DNA of 40,122 bases, taken from positions 1-40,122 of IMG/VR virus record IMGVR_UViG_3300018877_000052; one strand, written 5' to 3'. Source of the stretch: a virus. Taxonomy: Duplodnaviria > Caudoviricetes. A program made the translations under genes and the position numbers. The notes under the pieces are model-generated. The model searched no databases, was not told the DNA's origin, and worked only from the letters and a program-made list of their open reading frames with translations. This document shows positions 35,862 to 40,122 of this stretch, in pieces. Position 1 is the stretch's first letter; the number at the start of each line of letters is the position of its first letter.

Positions 35862-36821
35862 ATGGGAGCGTTTGGAGGATTACTCCTGACAAACACGGGC
35901 CGCAATTTACAGGCAAAAGGGCAAACCGGAGTCCAATTGAAATTTACTCGAATCGCATTAGGGGACGGCAACCTAGATGGGCAAAACGTCGCAGACCTTA
36001 ATCGCTTGATCAATGAGAAGCTAACCTTGCCCATCAGCAAACTTAAAACCCAACCGGGAGGGAAAGCAGTCGTTGGGACGGTATTGCGTAATGCTGATTT
36101 GACAGCGGGCTTCTACTTCCGCGAAATTGGTGTATTTGCGCAAGACCCGGATATAGGAGAGGTCCTGTATTGTTACGGAAACTGCGGTCCCACTGCTGAA
36201 TACATCCCTGCTGGAAGTAGTCCTGATGTAATCGAGAAGACAATTGATATTATCACTATCATCGGAAATGCAATCAATGTCACAGCCACTATTGATGAGT
36301 CTCTTGTGTGGGAAACACCAGCCGGTGCGCAAGCAAAGGTGGATATTCATGCCAACAATACCGTCATGCACGTCACGCAAGCGGACAAGGACCGATGGAA
36401 TGCCTTGCCAAACACACCGCTTGCAACCACTGGCCCGGCTGAGCTCAAAATTGCAGGGAAGGCTGTCATCGGTACAGCTTCGACAGCTGCACGCGCTGAT
36501 CACGAACATCCGATGCCGGGTTTGGCTACACCAACCGTTTCCGGGTTCATGGATGCCGTTGATAAGGATACCTTGCAATCCCTTCGAAAATATCGCTCGA
36601 GTAAAGATGCCACGATTGGGATATACACGGTAGTCGAATACAAGCGAAAAGACGGCACGCTGTTCATGAAATCTGTCTTGTCCAATAAAGTGGGAGACAA
36701 CTACCTGGTTGACACTCGTACATTTTACGCAACCAATGGAACCACGATTAGGAAAACCGAAGTGTGGGATCTCACTTATGACAGTGATGGAGACATCGTA
36801 AACGAGGTGTTGCGATCATGA
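35862..36821 (+). CDS. Tail fibre protein
   Basis: N-terminal fibre anchor (LT..G..L.AK, GFY.REIG.FA.DPD) plus modular repeats. Confidence 0.85.
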   Translation: MGAFGGLLLTNTGRNLQAKGQTGVQLKFTRIALGDGNLDGQNVADLNRLINEKLTLPISKLKTQPGGKAVVGTVLRNADLTAGFYFREIGVFAQDPDIGEVLYCYGNCGPTAEYIPAGSSPDVIEKTIDIITIIGNAINVTATIDESLVWETPAGAQAKVDIHANNTVMHVTQADKDRWNALPNTPLATTGPAELKIAGKAVIGTASTAARADHEHPMPGLATPTVSGFMDAVDKDTLQSLRKYRSSKDATIGIYTVVEYKRKDGTLFMKSVLSNKVGDNYLVDTRTFYATNGTTIRKTEVWDLTYDSDGDIVNEVLRS

Positions 36822-37822
36822 ACATTTTCGGGGATATTTTACGCGATCATGGGATAGGGGCAAATCGAAAGTTTAAGTATTACCGTGTAAGGACTCGTAA
36901 ACATTTGCCTATTGCACCGAATTCCGGCGGAAATCCATTCGCAGAAATGACCGATGACGGAGGTTTTATCTGTTTGGACCAAACGGGCGGACTTTACCTT
37001 AAAAAGTACAATAAGACCCTTGGCCAAGTGTATTCGGTTGCGGTGCGTACAGGGGGTGGTTCTGTAATCGATCCGGATGCTCACTATGACAGGGGAGACG
37101 GGCACGTTTACATAGTGGACCGCGGCCTCAACACCCTGTATAAGTTTCGTGCAAGTGATGGGTACAAAGTATTCGCCGTAACAACACACCCGGTAAGTAG
37201 GTTGCACACAAATACTGACGCTCTCTTTATTCTTGATTGGGCTTCGAAAAAAGTGTCCAAGCTGTCCAAATCGACTGGTTCAGTTATCTGGTCATATACG
37301 CTGCCCGAGATAACGTCAAACTCCGTAATCCAGGTAAATGACGCAGGAGAAGCATTTGTACCTGGCAGCACAGTTATGTATAAGATTAACGCCAGTGGGA
37401 CTGGTCATGAACAAATCATGTATGATGGCCGATATAAAGATAACAAATTCCGCGTTTTCCCTGGACTGAATCACATTTTTTATAAACTGCTGGGGCTTTA
37501 CCAAGCTTACTCTTTTACCGGGGCACTGGAAGCTGATCTGGAAGCGGAATCTGCCGATTTAGGGTACTTTACCAATCACAATTACAACCCATTAGACATT
37601 AAGGTGACAAAAAATCGGCTGATTGTTATCGCAGGAACCCAAGATACTGCGGAAGTGCTTATCTTTGACAAAACCACATACGCGCTACTAGACGCACTCC
37701 CTGTCAAGAACGGGACTATCGCAACACACCCTGATCACGATGATTTTATTCTCGTTGCCCATGGTGTGGATTCCCAGGCAAATAGGCAAATCAACTACAG
37801 CTATACATTACGACCCGTTTAA
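36818..37822 (+). CDS. Beta-propeller-like protein, candidate receptor-binding subunit
   Basis: Repeated beta-blade motifs (YKFRASDG, KLSKSTGSVIWSY); ATGA-coupled to the fibre gene. Confidence 0.65.
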   Translation: MNIFGDILRDHGIGANRKFKYYRVRTRKHLPIAPNSGGNPFAEMTDDGGFICLDQTGGLYLKKYNKTLGQVYSVAVRTGGGSVIDPDAHYDRGDGHVYIVDRGLNTLYKFRASDGYKVFAVTTHPVSRLHTNTDALFILDWASKKVSKLSKSTGSVIWSYTLPEITSNSVIQVNDAGEAFVPGSTVMYKINASGTGHEQIMYDGRYKDNKFRVFPGLNHIFYKLLGLYQAYSFTGALEADLEAESADLGYFTNHNYNPLDIKVTKNRLIVIAGTQDTAEVLIFDKTTYALLDALPVKNGTIATHPDHDDFILVAHGVDSQANRQINYSYTLRPV

Positions 37823-37834
37823 GGAGGGACAATC

Positions 37835-38245
37835 ATGATTTTCGTTCGATACAAAGCTGTCTTGGAAAATAAAGCGATGGTAGAGTTTGAGCATTACATG
37901 CCACTTGACCCGGTACAGGGAATGGGCATGACTGAAGAAGAGTTGCAAGAAATGGGGTTGTTGGTAGACGCCTTGCCTGTGCAAGAGCCGATACCGGGCA
38001 AAATAGCAACCCTGTACTGTAATCCATCCACAAAAGAATTTTGGTATGAGTACGCCGATACGCCTCCAACTGAGACACAACTTCAAGAACAAATCAAAAC
38101 CGCCCAGAATACCATTAATGCTTTGGGCCAGGAACTTGTAGTAGAAAAGCTCAAAGATATGGAAAAAGAAGCGGTTATCCAGACGCTCGGGCAAGAACTA
38201 GCTGGTATAAAGCTGGAATTGATGAATTTGAAAGGAGGTGCATAA
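37835..38245 (+). CDS. Tail fibre-associated chaperone-like protein
   Basis: H..P.DP..G, LY.NP...EFWYEY, C-terminal coiled coil. Confidence 0.7.
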   Translation: MIFVRYKAVLENKAMVEFEHYMPLDPVQGMGMTEEELQEMGLLVDALPVQEPIPGKIATLYCNPSTKEFWYEYADTPPTETQLQEQIKTAQNTINALGQELVVEKLKDMEKEAVIQTLGQELAGIKLELMNLKGGA

Positions 38246-38248
38246 CAC

Positions 38249-38386
38249 ATGGCATTCTGGAATTTGGCTTACAAGTACAAGTGGGTCAATGCTGACCAAC
38301 TACGATTGGCAGTGAAAACAGAAAGTAATCCATACGGAGAAATCACACCTGAAGAGTTCAAGCAAATTACCGGCCAAGATTTATAG
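38249..38386 (+). CDS. XkdX-family protein (45 aa)
   Basis: Translated manually: ...GEITPEEFKQITG; AAGGAGGTG RBS. Confidence 0.85.
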   Translation: MAFWNLAYKYKWVNADQLRLAVKTESNPYGEITPEEFKQITGQDL

Positions 38387-38463
38387 TCGGTGATTTTTTT
38401 ATTCGGAGGGCATCGGCTCTTTCTATTATTTTGCCCCCAAGGGAGTGAAGGAGGAAAAGGCGC

Positions 38464-38772
38464 ATGGAAGACAAACGACAAAATGACAGTTTAGTATTGG
38501 AACGTTTGGCGCGGATGGAGGAGCAATTGAAAAGTGTAACTGATATCAAAAGCAGTATCGATCAGCTCAATCATCGGTTGGGCAGCTTGGATCAAGTTTA
38601 CCTCACCCGTGCTGAATCTCAGGCTTTGAACACAGCCAGGACGGAGCAAATCAGTAATTTAGAAAGGCGAATTACAAAACTGGAAGCATGGAATACATGG
38701 CTTGGACGTACCGTTGGTGGCATCATTATTCTGGCATTGCTCGGGCTCGTCATCATCCAGGGAGGGAAATAA
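38464..38772 (+). CDS. XhlA-like lysis protein (coiled coil plus C-terminal TM)
   Basis: ERLARME, RI.KLE...TWL.R...G.II. Confidence 0.75.
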   Translation: MEDKRQNDSLVLERLARMEEQLKSVTDIKSSIDQLNHRLGSLDQVYLTRAESQALNTARTEQISNLERRITKLEAWNTWLGRTVGGIIILALLGLVIIQGGK

Positions 38773-38775
38773 GAC

Positions 38776-39138
38776 ATGGTTACATACGGACAGATCGGCG
38801 GAGTTGTCGGCGTGGTATTAGCCGTTGGTCTAGTTGCCCTCCTTGTTCGTGCCGGTGGGAAAATGGCCGGTTTCTGGAATGATGGGGACGGGCTATCAAT
38901 CACGGACATCATTGCCGTGTCGATCGTCGGCAGTTACATCCTTTTCCTAATCACATTTGCTTACAAGCTGGTTAAAGGGAGCCTGACGATGAATGATGTT
39001 TCTCTACTCGGACAAGCCATCATTCCAGTTACTACTGTGCTTGGCGGGTATTTCGTTGATAGAGCATCCCGAAACTTCTCTCCGCTAAGACGACAGGAGA
39101 AGGAAGCAAAGGAGGCGGACATTGATGCCCGAGTCTAA
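38776..39138 (+). CDS. Membrane protein, holin-like (about 3 TM)
   Basis: Hydrophobic helices and charged C-terminus; in lysis cassette. Confidence 0.65.
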   Translation: MVTYGQIGGVVGVVLAVGLVALLVRAGGKMAGFWNDGDGLSITDIIAVSIVGSYILFLITFAYKLVKGSLTMNDVSLLGQAIIPVTTVLGGYFVDRASRNFSPLRRQEKEAKEADIDARV

Positions 39139-39838
39139 ACAAGAAAGAGTTATTAACACACTTGCTCAGTACATTGTTGGTAAGTATCCGTGCCCTTCTG
39201 GTGTGATAGCACAGATCATCCAAGAGTGTGGATGGGATCTCAAAACTCCCAAAGATATGACCACCGGAAAGGAAAGCTACAACCTAGGGAACATCAAGGG
39301 AGTCGGCCCCGCTGGAAGCGTTACGATCCTGACTACTGAATATTACAAAGGAGTCAAAACGCAGGTAAAAGCCAATTTCCGCGCCTATAACAACTACGGC
39401 GAGGCGATCGACGATCATCTCTCATTGCTCAAGAAGCCCCGATATGTAAACGCCGGGGTACTAAAAGCAACTATTTCACGAGATTACGCAGAAGCATTAC
39501 AACGGGCCGGTTATGCGACTGATCCGAAGTATGCTGATAACATCATGCGAATTGTAAATCAATATAACCTCACAAGGTTTGATAAACCAGTCATTCCAGT
39601 TAAAAAAGTCGTTGAAAAGGCGGTTGATGAAGTTATGAAAGAATATGAACAGTGGCAACTTGACCTGGCTTATAAGGCTATTGATAGCTTGGCAGCAGAA
39701 CAAGGTGAGGGTGGGCAATTTGTCTTGCAGAATCCGGAGGATTGGAAAAAACGGTTGAAAGAAAATCCGCAAAGCATACTTCAGGATCTGCCGTGGCTTA
39801 CGTTTGTACTTGTAGATCGAGCAAATAAGGAGGCGTAA
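39122..39838 (+). CDS. Endolysin, GH73 glucosaminidase family
   Basis: AQ...E.GW, N..NIK, FRAY, GYATDP.YA. Confidence 0.92.
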   Translation: MMPESKQERVINTLAQYIVGKYPCPSGVIAQIIQECGWDLKTPKDMTTGKESYNLGNIKGVGPAGSVTILTTEYYKGVKTQVKANFRAYNNYGEAIDDHLSLLKKPRYVNAGVLKATISRDYAEALQRAGYATDPKYADNIMRIVNQYNLTRFDKPVIPVKKVVEKAVDEVMKEYEQWQLDLAYKAIDSLAAEQGEGGQFVLQNPEDWKKRLKENPQSILQDLPWLTFVLVDRANKEA

Positions 39839-39840
39839 TC

Positions 39841-40122
39841 ATGGATGCAATCACTGCTTGGATTCTTGTAGCATTGCTTACGGAAGGGGTCACGGAGATT
39901 GTAAAGGTGGTGTTTCCGGATAAGATCCGGGATAAGGCAGCGTACGCTACATCTATTGTGGTCGGGATAATTATGGCTTTTGCCTTGAATGTTCAGTTAT
40001 TCGATTTGACTGGATCAAGTGCTCATGTAACCACAGCTGTTACTGGAATCTTAGCCTCTCGAGGGGCCAACTATCTTTACAGCTTTCTGAGGAAAATCGA
40101 TGTAATCAAGACATCAAAATAA
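39841..40122 (+). CDS. Holin-like membrane protein
   Basis: TM helices, TGILASRGANY motif. Confidence 0.75.
   Translation: MDAITAWILVALLTEGVTEIVKVVFPDKIRDKAAYATSIVVGIIMAFALNVQLFDLTGSSAHVTTAVTGILASRGANYLYSFLRKIDVIKTSK

Larger units (their letters stand above)
1122..40122. mobile_element. Prophage with lambda-like head and P2-like contractile tail; ends not resolved (may extend left to include 1..1109 and right beyond the window)
   Basis: Canonical module order: integrase, lysogeny, replication, late regulator, packaging, head, tail, lysis. Confidence 0.97.

Noticed and set aside
35862-37822. Diversity-generating retroelement or invertible tail-fibre system
   Set aside because: No reverse transcriptase, invertase or template/variable repeat pair seen
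18998-38912. Many minus-strand and alternate-frame ORFs within structural genes (e.g. 23951-24640, 36021-36578)
   Set aside because: Shadows of well-supported plus-strand genes with no motifs or RBS

Overview
Most of a temperate phage (prophage) genome from a Bacillota host; Paenibacillaceae/Brevibacillus-like is an inference from gene style only. Left to right: two AT-rich accessory genes; tyrosine integrase; ImmA/ImmR/Cro/Xis-like lysogeny switch with four palindromic operators and a LexA-type box; YqaJ/RecT recombination; DnaD-type replication initiator; Bro-N/ANT antirepressor; nonsense-interrupted RusA; a ~3.1 kb accessory block; ArpU late regulator; a large S8 subtilase moron; lambda-like head genes; P2-like contractile tail and baseplate; and a lysis cassette. 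No att sites were identified. The standout unexplained structure is in the accessory block (11.57-14.66 kb). Nearly every small gene there is bounded by a ~28-bp dif-like site (11-bp arm, 6-bp spacer, inverted 11-bp arm), giving what looks like a recombinase-shuffled gene-cassette array inside a phage, with no dedicated recombinase beside it.
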